NCBI RefSeq assembly: GCF_001457595.1
Contig: NZ_LN831039.1
Location: forward strand, 4,590,001-4,622,000
Source of the DNA: Mycolicibacterium smegmatis
GTDB taxonomy: Bacteria > Actinomycetota > Actinomycetes > Mycobacteriales > Mycobacteriaceae
Length of the DNA: 32,000 nucleotides
Direction: 5' to 3'
The notes beneath the pieces were generated by a model that was given only the letters and a program-made list of their open reading frames with translations, was not told the DNA's origin and ran no database searches. Numbering within the stretch: position 1 is the stretch's first letter; each line of letters starts with the position of its first letter. The position numbers were made by a program, and so were the translations under genes. Positions 15,054 to 24,518 of the stretch are shown here, piece after piece.

Positions 15054-16730
15054 GTGACTCTGACCACGCCCCACCCCCGCCCCGAGCAATCCGAATCTGC
15101 AGCTCGATCAAGCCTGCTGGCCGGATTCACGCCGTTTCCGGCCGAGCGCGCACAGGCCTACCGGGCAGCCGGGTACTGGCGAGACCAGCTACTGGATTCG
15201 GTGCTGCGGACGGCGGCCCGCACATGGCCGGACCACATCGCGGTGATCGATGCGGACCACCGGCACACGTACGCCGAACTCGACCGCCTCGCCGACCGCG
15301 CCGCGGCAGGTATCGCGGGCCTGGGCATCGGCCCCGGCGACCGTGTGCTGGTCCAGCTGCCCAACACCGCGGAGTTCGCCGTCGCACTGTTCGGCCTGCT
15401 GCGCGCGGGCGCGGTGCCCGTCATGTGCCTGCCCGGGCACCGGCTCGCCGAGCTCACGCATTTCGCCGAGGTCAGCTCGGCGGTGGCGCTCGTCGCGGCC
15501 GACACCGCAGGTGGTTTCGACCACCGCGACCTCGCACGTGAACTCGTGAGGTCCCATCCGAACGTGCGCCACGTCCTCGTCGACGGCGACGCTGCGGAGT
15601 TCCTGTCCTGGGCGGAGGTGACGCGGGCGGCGTCGGGACCCGTCCCCGACATCGCACCAGATCCGGCCACCCCGGCGCTGCTGCTCGTGTCGGGCGGCAC
15701 CACCGGTGCGCCGAAACTCATCCCGCGCACACATCAGGACTACGTCTACAACGCCACGGCCAGTGCCGAGCTGTGCCGGCTGACCGCCGACGACGTCTAC
15801 CTCGTGGCGCTGCCCGCCGCCCACAACTTCCCACTGGCGTGCCCCGGCCTGCTCGGTGCGATGACCGTCGGTGCCACCACGGTGTTCACCACCGACCCGA
15901 GCCCCGAGGCCGCGTTCGCCGCGATCGACGAACACGGCGTCACGGTCACCGCACTGGTGCCTGCGCTGGCCAAGCTGTGGGCGCAGGCGTGTGCGTGGGA
16001 ACCCTTGGCTCCCAAGACGCTGCGCCTGCTCCAGGTGGGCGGGGCCAAGCTGGCTGCGCCGGACGCGGCGCTGGTGCGCGGGGCCCTCACCCCGGGACTG
16101 CAGCAGGTGTTCGGCATGGCCGAGGGCCTGCTGAACTACACCCGCATAGGCGATCCCCCCGAGGTGCTGGAGAACACCCAGGGCCGCCCGTTGTCACCGG
16201 ACGACGAGATCCGCATCGTCGACGAGGTCGGCAACGAGGTGCCGCCAGGCGCCGAGGGGGAACTGCTGGTGCGCGGACCGTACACGCTCAACGGCTATTT
16301 CAACGCCGAGGCCGCCAACGAGCGCTCGTTCAGCCCGGACGGCTTCTACCGCAGCGGCGACCGGGTACGCCGCTTCGCCGACGGCCCGCTCGCCGGGTAT
16401 CTGGAGGTGACCGGCCGGATCAAGGACGTCATCGTGCGCGGCGGCGAGAACGTCTCCGCACTCGATCTCGAAGAGCACCTGCTGACCCACCCGAGCGTGT
16501 GGGCCGCCGCAGCGGTTGCGCTGCCCGACGAGTTCCTCGGCGAGAAGATCTGCGCCGTGGTCGTTTTCAACGGACCCCCGGTCAGCCTGGCCGAGTTGCA
16601 CGCGCATCTGGAGCAGCGCGGCGTCGCTGCCCACAGCAGGCACGACGCGCTGGTCCCGATGCCGAGCCTGCCCACCACGGCCGTCGGCAAGATCGACAAG
16701 AAGGCGATCGTGCGTCAGCTCGGCGGGTAG
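15054..16730 (+). CDS. mbtA: Salicyl-AMP ligase / aryl adenylating enzyme MbtA
   Basis: 558 aa from GTG 15054 (MTLTTPHPRPEQSESAARSSLLAGFTPFP); AMP-binding motif LLLVSGGTTGAPKLIPRTH, GELLVRGPYTLNGY, YRSGDRVRR; GAGG 8 nt upstream. GTG 15021 is an in-frame alternative. Confidence 0.92.
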   Translation: MTLTTPHPRPEQSESAARSSLLAGFTPFPAERAQAYRAAGYWRDQLLDSVLRTAARTWPDHIAVIDADHRHTYAELDRLADRAAAGIAGLGIGPGDRVLVQLPNTAEFAVALFGLLRAGAVPVMCLPGHRLAELTHFAEVSSAVALVAADTAGGFDHRDLARELVRSHPNVRHVLVDGDAAEFLSWAEVTRAASGPVPDIAPDPATPALLLVSGGTTGAPKLIPRTHQDYVYNATASAELCRLTADDVYLVALPAAHNFPLACPGLLGAMTVGATTVFTTDPSPEAAFAAIDEHGVTVTALVPALAKLWAQACAWEPLAPKTLRLLQVGGAKLAAPDAALVRGALTPGLQQVFGMAEGLLNYTRIGDPPEVLENTQGRPLSPDDEIRIVDEVGNEVPPGAEGELLVRGPYTLNGYFNAEAANERSFSPDGFYRSGDRVRRFADGPLAGYLEVTGRIKDVIVRGGENVSALDLEEHLLTHPSVWAAAAVALPDEFLGEKICAVVVFNGPPVSLAELHAHLEQRGVAAHSRHDALVPMPSLPTTAVGKIDKKAIVRQLGG

Positions 16731-16737
16731 GTCCGCC

Positions 16738-17337
16738 TCAGCGCCGGCCGAGTTCGATCAGCTCTTCGACCAGGTCGCGCGCGGCGGTGATCGGTTTGGT
16801 GGAGCGTTCCAGTTTCGACCCGAGAAGCGCGCCGTCATAGAGCAACTGGATGCGCCGGGCCAACGCGACCGGAGATCCGACCCCTGCCTGCTTCAGCAGG
16901 CCGGCCAACGTGGATCGCAGCCACGCGCGGTGCGCCCGGACCGGTTCGAGCTCGACGCCGGGGTATTCGGTGGCGGCGTTGGCGTACAGGCAGCCTCGAA
17001 AATCGCGCCGGGCCGCATTCCGCGACGCGAGGTCGAAAAAGGTCAGGACACGCTGCACCGGATCCTCCACCCCGGCGACCGTTTGCTCCCAGCGGTTGCG
17101 ATCAGCGTGATCCAAATTGGCGAGATAGGCGATCACCAACGCGTCTTTCGAGCCGTATGTGCTGTAGAGGGAGGCCTTGGCAACCCCCGCCTCGCGCAGG
17201 ATCAGGTCGATGCCGACGGCGCGAATGCCCTGGCCGGCGAACAGTTCGGAGGCTGTGTTGAGCAGGCGTTGTGCCGGCGGCAGGGAAACAGCCTGGTGCG
17301 CAGACTTTGGGGCAATGGCGGGCCGGGTCGTGCTCAT
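16738..17337 (-). CDS. TetR/AcrR-family transcriptional regulator
   Basis: LLNTASELFAGQGIRAVGIDLILREAGVAKASLYSTYGSKDALVIAYL is a classic TetR N-terminal HTH. ATG 17337 chosen; the track ORF starts at TTG 17364. Confidence 0.9.
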   Translation of the reverse strand: MSTTRPAIAPKSAHQAVSLPPAQRLLNTASELFAGQGIRAVGIDLILREAGVAKASLYSTYGSKDALVIAYLANLDHADRNRWEQTVAGVEDPVQRVLTFFDLASRNAARRDFRGCLYANAATEYPGVELEPVRAHRAWLRSTLAGLLKQAGVGSPVALARRIQLLYDGALLGSKLERSTKPITAARDLVEELIELGRR

Positions 17338-17363
17338 GGCGACAGGGTAACCCGAAAACGGCA

Positions 17364-17385
17364 ATAGACAGCCCTGTCTGTCTAT
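17364..17385. promoter_or_regulatory. 22-bp palindrome, probable TetR operator
   Basis: ATAGACAG-CCCTGT-CTGTCTAT: 8-bp perfect arms, with a nested AGACAG-CC-CTGTCT, located 27 bp upstream of the TetR ATG and in front of the divergent operon. Confidence 0.65.
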
Positions 17386-17429
17386 GCCACCGTGATGTCG
17401 TACCGCTCCTGCGACGCCGAGGAAGTCAC

Positions 17430-17960
17430 GTGACTCTTCATCTCTACGAAATCACCCCCGAAGCCACCGACACGGCCGCGGTGGGCCAGCTGATCAAACG
17501 GGCCGATGCCGAAATCGCCGGTCACGGTGGCGAACTGATCGAGTCAGAGGTCACCGCCCAGGGCCGTCGGGTCTTCGTGATCGCCGAGTTCGCTGCCGAG
17601 GCGGCCACTTTGGACACCGCCGGACTGGGCGCTGCCGCCGTCGACGGCCCACACCGGGTACGACTCGTCGGAGCAGACCTGGCGGAGCTCAAAGCCGCCC
17701 GCCCGCAGGCCGGTTATCTGGTCGAGTGGGATCTGCCTGCAGATCTGGACATGGAGTCCTACCTGGCCCGCAAGAAGGCCAACTCCCCCAAGTACGCGGA
17801 TGTGCCCGAAGTGCGGTTCCTGCGCACCTATGTCCGTGAAGACATGGACAAGTGCCTGTGTCTGTACGACGCGCCGGACGAGGCCGCGGTGCGACGCGCG
17901 CGCGATGCGGTGAGCGCGCCCATCGACCGCCTGCACGGATTGGACGGGCAACTTCCATGA
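17430..17960 (+). CDS. DUF4242-like (SCO4226 nickel-binding family-like) protein
   Basis: GTG start with GAGGAAG RBS; C-terminal half YLVEWDLPADLDMESYLARKKANSPKYADVPEVRFLRTYVREDMDKCLCLYDAPDEAAVRRARDAV resembles DUF4242. Confidence 0.7.
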   Translation: MTLHLYEITPEATDTAAVGQLIKRADAEIAGHGGELIESEVTAQGRRVFVIAEFAAEAATLDTAGLGAAAVDGPHRVRLVGADLAELKAARPQAGYLVEWDLPADLDMESYLARKKANSPKYADVPEVRFLRTYVREDMDKCLCLYDAPDEAAVRRARDAVSAPIDRLHGLDGQLP

Positions 17961-18979
17961 CCGCCATGCTCGCGGACTCGGCCCTCGACCGGGTTGCGCG
18001 CACCGTGGCGGCGCGTGCCGCCGAACTCGACGAGCAGCGCACCGATGTCCGCACCGACCTGGCCGAACTCGGGCGGGAAGGACTGCTCGACCTCGACCTG
18101 CCCGGCATGGTGCGCGTCATCGACGAGGTGTCCGCCCACAGCTTGGCTGTCGGCTTCTCCACCTGGGCTCACCACATGAGCCTGCGATATCTGAACGCCT
18201 CGTCCACCGGTGGGTTCGACGAGCAGATCAGCGCCCTGGCCGCGGCACGCAAGATCGGTGTCACCGCGATGGCCGCCGGGCTCAAGCAGATCGCCGGTCT
18301 CGGCCAGGTGCCGGTCACCGGCGACAACGACGGCTCGGATCTGATCGTCAGCGGGCCGATCCGGTGGGCCACCAACGTGTTTCCCGACGCTTTGATGGTG
18401 CTGCCGGTGCGCGTCGGTGAGCACACCGTCGTCGTCGCGGTGGGCACCGGCGACGATGGTGTCACCGTCGACCCGGCCCCACCGCTCACCGCGCTCGGGG
18501 CCACCGCTTCGACGTCATTGCACCTGAACGAGGTTCGCGTTGCGGCAGATCAGGTTCTCGCCACCGACCTGGCTGCGTTCGTCGCCAGAATCCGGCCCGC
18601 GTTCCTGTTGTTACAGACGGCTTTCTGTGTCGGCATCACACGCGCGGCTCTGACCGCGGCCACGGAGGCGCACACCGGCCCGCTGGCACGGTTCGGCGCG
18701 GAACTCGACGACGCGGCCACCCGCGCCGCCGACATCCGAGCACGGCTGTACGGGTGGGCCTCGGACCCCGGCACGGCGACGGTGCCCGACCTGATCCGGC
18801 TGCGATTGGATGCCGCACATGCAGCGGTGGACGTCACCCGGCTGGAGCTGTCGCTGACCGGTGGTGTCGGCTACACCCTGGGAAGCGCCGCCAACAGGCG
18901 TTTCCGGGAGGCCGCGTTCCTGCCCGTGCAATCACCGTCGGAAGGACAACTGCGGTGGGAACTCACGCGCTACGAATAG
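17957..18979 (+). CDS. Acyl-CoA dehydrogenase-like flavoprotein
   Basis: 340 aa; ATGA overlap with the upstream stop; LREGLL-type N-terminus, STWAHHMSLRYL, GPIRWATNVFPDALMVLPV and a helical C-terminal domain resemble the ACAD / flavin monooxygenase superfamily. Confidence 0.7.
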   Translation: MTAMLADSALDRVARTVAARAAELDEQRTDVRTDLAELGREGLLDLDLPGMVRVIDEVSAHSLAVGFSTWAHHMSLRYLNASSTGGFDEQISALAAARKIGVTAMAAGLKQIAGLGQVPVTGDNDGSDLIVSGPIRWATNVFPDALMVLPVRVGEHTVVVAVGTGDDGVTVDPAPPLTALGATASTSLHLNEVRVAADQVLATDLAAFVARIRPAFLLLQTAFCVGITRAALTAATEAHTGPLARFGAELDDAATRAADIRARLYGWASDPGTATVPDLIRLRLDAAHAAVDVTRLELSLTGGVGYTLGSAANRRFREAAFLPVQSPSEGQLRWELTRYE

Positions 18980-19671
18980 CGCACGGCACCAGACGGTTCG
19001 GCGGGACGCCTGCGCTGGCCGACATCGACCTGCAGATCCACACAGGAGAGTTTCTCGCGGTGCTCGGCCCCAGCGGCAGCGGCAAGTCGACGCTGCTGCG
19101 GATCTGCGCCGGCCTGGATGCCCTGACCTCCGGCACCTTGACCTGGTCGGGTGACGGCAGCCGGCCGCGTACGGGCGTGGTCTTCCAACAGCCCCTGCTC
19201 ATGCCGTGGCTGACCGTCGCGGACAACGTGGCTTTCGCGCGCCGGTTCACGGCACAGCGCAAGGGGTTCGATCCCGGGTACGCCGCCAGGCTCATCACCA
19301 GATTCGGCCTCGACGACCTCGCCGACCGCTACCCCGACGAGTTGTCGGGCGGTCAGGCCCAGCGGGTCGCCATCCTGCGCGCCGTCGCCACCCGTCCTCA
19401 GCTGCTACTTCTCGACGAACCCTTCAGCGCGCTGGACCCGGCCACTCGCGGCGATCTGGCCGGGTGGCTGAGGGACCTGGCACGAGAACTCGACGTCACG
19501 GTCGTACTCGTCACCCACGACGTCGACGAAGCGCTCGCTTTGGCGCAGCGCATCGTGCTGCTCGACGCAGGCAGTATCCGCGCGGAGTGGACAGTGCGCG
19601 GCGACGGACTCCCCACGCGGAGCGAAATTCTCGCCCACTACCGCGCCGACCCCGCGGTGGAGGTGTCGTGA
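18955..19671 (+). CDS. ABC transporter ATPase, nitrate/sulfonate/taurine (SsuB/TauB) type
   Basis: Walker [10 protein letters not shown], signature LSGGQAQR, Walker B LLLLDEP, H-loop VLVTHDVDEAL; GTG start at 18955 behind GGAAGGA. Confidence 0.88.
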   Translation: MGTHALRIAHGTRRFGGTPALADIDLQIHTGEFLAVLGPSGSGKSTLLRICAGLDALTSGTLTWSGDGSRPRTGVVFQQPLLMPWLTVADNVAFARRFTAQRKGFDPGYAARLITRFGLDDLADRYPDELSGGQAQRVAILRAVATRPQLLLLDEPFSALDPATRGDLAGWLRDLARELDVTVVLVTHDVDEALALAQRIVLLDAGSIRAEWTVRGDGLPTRSEILAHYRADPAVEVS

Positions 19672-20830
19672 CGGCCCTGACCCGACGCGCGCTGCTGGCC
19701 GGGGCGGGCGGATTGACCGCTGCCGGTGGGCTCTTCGGCCTCGGCGGGCTCGCACACAGCGCACTCTTCAGCGCACCGGATGCCGGCGGTGCGCTCCGGG
19801 TGGGCTACCTGCCCATCACCGACGCCGCACCGCTGTTGATCGCCCACAGCGCCGGGCTGTATCCCGCCTGGGCGGTGAGCACGTCACGTCCGGTGCTCTT
19901 CAGGAGTTGGGCCGCCCTGGCGGAGGCCTTCATCTCGCGCCAGATCGATATTGCCCACCTGCTGATGCCGATGGCCGTCCAGTTGCGCTACACCCTGGGT
20001 GCCGGGGTACGGGTGCTGGGCTGGAACCACACCAACGGATCGGCGCTCACGGTCGCGCCGCGCGTCCAGGAACTGGGCGATCTCGCAGGCAGCCAGGTGG
20101 CCATCCCGTTCTGGTGGTCGATACACAACGTCGTGCTGCAACAGCTGCTGCGGGCGCATGGCCTGCGACCGGTGGTGCGGCGCGGCGCTTCTCGCTCCGA
20201 ACGGACCGTGGAACTCGTCGTGATGAGCCCCTCGGACATGGTGCCCGCTCTGGCCAACGGCACGCTCGGCGGTTACGTGGTGGCAGATCCGTTCAACGCC
20301 GCCGCGCAGATCAAGAAGATCGGCCGTATCCACACGTTCCTCGGCGATGTCTGGCGTGATCACGCCTGCTGCGCGCTGGTCACGCGGGACGATGTCATCG
20401 CCGGTCGCCCACAGGCGGTACAGGCCGTCGCCCATGCGGTGGTGGGGGCGCAGCTCCGCATCGACGCCGACCGCGCGGCCGCCGCGGCGGCCTTGACCGA
20501 GGGCCGATACCTCCCGCAACCCACACCAGCTGTGACTCTCGCGCTGACCTACCCGAATCCGCCCTACCCGCTTGCGCATCCGGATTGGCTGCCCCAGCGC
20601 CTGGGTTTCCGGCCCTTCCCGTATCCGAGCTTCACGCGCCGCCTCGTCGAGGCCATGTGTGACACCGTCGTCGACGGCGACCGCAAATTCCTCGACCGGC
20701 TCGACCCCGCTGCGGTTCACGACGATCTCGTCGAGGACCGATTCGTCCGCAGATCCATGAGCGCTCACGGCGGACCTGACGCCTTCGGACCGACCGCCGA
20801 TCTCACCAGAACCGAACAGGTGCAATTCTC

Positions 20831-20834
<4 letters not shown>
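19668..20834 (+). CDS. ABC transporter substrate-binding protein, SsuA/NrtA (NMT1/THI5-like) type
   Basis: GTG 19668 behind GGAGG; MTALTRRALLAGAGG signal-like N-terminus followed by LRVGYLPITDAAPLLIAHSAGLYP. Confidence 0.82.
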
Positions 20835-23002
<2,168 letters not shown>

Positions 23003-23024
23003 CTACGAAAGGTGCACCACGCCG

Positions 23025-24197
23025 TCAGGCCAGCAGTGCGCGCACCACACCGTCGGCCAGTAACCTCCCACGGTCGGTCAGCACCACGCGCTCACCCGCG
23101 GTGTCGAGCAGGCCCTCCGCGACGATCTCGGGCACCCGCGCGCGCTCGTCGGCCGCGAGGTCGTCCAACGCCAGACCGCGCCGCAACCGCAACCGCAACA
23201 TCACGTCCTCGGTGTGCCGGTCGGCCGCGTCGAGCACCTCGAAATCGGCGATGGGCAGCGCGCCTTCGGCAAGGGTCTGTGCATATGCGTTGGGGTGCTT
23301 GGCGTTCCACCACCGTGTCGCGTTGAGGAAGCCATGCGCACCGGGACCTGCGCCCCACCATTCTCCGCCGTCCCAGTAGCCGAGGTTGTGCAGGCACTCA
23401 CCGCCGGGTCTGCTCCAGTTCGACACCTCGTACCACGCGAAACCAGCGGCCGACAGCTGCGCGTCGAGCAGTTCGTAGCGGTGCGCGAGCACGTCGTCGT
23501 CGGGTGCGGCGATCTCGCCCCGGCGAACACGCCGCGCCAGCGCGGTCCCGTCCTCGACCACCAGCGCGTAGCCGGACACGTGGTCCACGCCCGCGTGCAC
23601 GGCCGCATCGACCGAGCGAAGCAGATCGTCGTCGGACTCCCCCGGCGTGCCGTAGATGAGGTCGAGGTTGACGTGCTCGAAGCCCGCGGCCTTGGCCTCG
23701 GCCACCGCGGCCGGCGCGCGCCCCGGCGAGTGCGTGCGGTTGAGCACCGCCAGCACATGCGGCGCCACCGACTGCATGCCGAGCGAGATGCGGGTGTAGC
23801 CCGCGTTGCGCAGCGCCGCGAACAGCTCGGGTGACGTCGACTCGGGGTTCGCTTCTGTGGTGACCTCGGCGCCGGTGGCCAGCACGAAGTTGTCGCGCAC
23901 CGCGTCGAGCACCGCGCTCAGGCCGTCCCCGCCCAACAACGAGGGCGTACCGCCGCCGACGAACACCGTCTGCACCGCCAGCGCACCCACCCGCTCAGCG
24001 GCCAGGCGCAGTTCGACGCGCAACGCCTCCAGCCAGCCCTCGGGGTTGGCGCCGCCGAGCTCGGACGGTGTGTAGGTGTTGAAGTCGCAGTACCCGCAGC
24101 GTGTCGCGCAGAACGGGACATGGATGTAGATGCCGAAGGGCCGGCCCGGTGTGGGGGCCAGATCGGGCTGGCCGAGGGGCGCGGTCCGGGTGGTCAT
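23025..24197 (-). CDS. hemW: Radical SAM HemW-like protein (coproporphyrinogen III oxidase-like, HemN family)
   Basis: IYIHVPFCATRCGYCDF radical-SAM motif, VFVGGGTPSLL, NLDLIYGTPGE, YEVSNWSRPGGECLHNLGYW. ATG 24197 preferred over the track start at 24239. Confidence 0.9.
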   Translation of the reverse strand: MTTRTAPLGQPDLAPTPGRPFGIYIHVPFCATRCGYCDFNTYTPSELGGANPEGWLEALRVELRLAAERVGALAVQTVFVGGGTPSLLGGDGLSAVLDAVRDNFVLATGAEVTTEANPESTSPELFAALRNAGYTRISLGMQSVAPHVLAVLNRTHSPGRAPAAVAEAKAAGFEHVNLDLIYGTPGESDDDLLRSVDAAVHAGVDHVSGYALVVEDGTALARRVRRGEIAAPDDDVLAHRYELLDAQLSAAGFAWYEVSNWSRPGGECLHNLGYWDGGEWWGAGPGAHGFLNATRWWNAKHPNAYAQTLAEGALPIADFEVLDAADRHTEDVMLRLRLRRGLALDDLAADERARVPEIVAEGLLDTAGERVVLTDRGRLLADGVVRALLA

Positions 24198-24286
24198 CTC
24201 TTGATTTTCCCAGACTGTCCAGCGGAGACTTTTGCTCACCCTGAGCGCAAATCTGGGCCGGTTAGGGCCGGTGGGCGCATACGTGG

Positions 24287-24292
24287 CAGAAT
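24287..24292 (+). promoter_or_regulatory. Candidate -10 element for leaderless transcription of the cysteine uORF
   Basis: CAGAAT, with its last T 7 nt upstream of the GTG at 24299. Confidence 0.5.
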
Positions 24293-24298
24293 GGGCGC

Positions 24299-24394
24299 GT
24301 GACTTCCGCCCGCAACAGCATCACCGGCGTATCGCTGGTGGCCCGGCGGCATGTCGACTTCAAGCGTGTTTGTAGCTGTTGCTGTCTGCCTTGA
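24299..24394 (+). CDS. Cysteine-rich leaderless upstream ORF (leader peptide) of the sirA operon
   Basis: GTG...TGA, 31 aa: MTSARNSITGVSLVARRHVDFKRVCSCCCLP, with four Cys codons in five at 24371-24385; lies directly before sirA. Confidence 0.78.
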   Translation: MTSARNSITGVSLVARRHVDFKRVCSCCCLP

Positions 24395-24442
24395 TCCTGC
24401 GTTGATTTCGGAACCTAGCCCACCCAGAATTTTCAGCTGGCC

Positions 24443-24486
24443 CGGATCTGCGCCGCCGGACAGCCACCGGTGATCAGCGCGATCCG
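24443..24486 (+). promoter_or_regulatory. Leader hairpin I between the Cys uORF and sirA
   Basis: CGGATC(T)GCGC (24443-24453) pairs with GCGCGATCCG (24477-24486), 10 bp with one bulged T; an inner CGCCGG/CCGGTG stem includes one G-U. Confidence 0.65.
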
Positions 24487-24493
24487 TACGCCG

Positions 24494-24511
24494 GCTCCTT
24501 CACGAAGGAGC
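24494..24511 (+). promoter_or_regulatory. Leader hairpin II sequestering the sirA Shine-Dalgarno sequence
   Basis: GCTCCTTC-AC-GAAGGAGC, perfect 8-bp inverted repeat whose 3' arm contains the GAAGGAG RBS of sirA (GTG 24519). Confidence 0.75.
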
Positions 24512-24518
24512 ATCCACA

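Noticed and set aside
16722-16737. Short hairpin GGCGG-GTAGGT-CCGCC between the convergent mbtA and TetR genes
   Set aside because: Only a 5-bp stem without a U-tract. Such repeats are common by chance at this GC content, so I did not call a terminator.
19206-19667. N-terminal extension of the 542-aa substrate-binding protein ORF
   Set aside because: It overlaps the ABC ATPase gene in another frame. A well-placed SD and GTG at 19668 with a signal peptide explain the real start.
24241-24298. Possible IdeR box around GTTAGGGCC upstream of the sirA leader
   Set aside because: Only a TTAGG-like fragment is present, with no matching CCTAA half-site at the right spacing.
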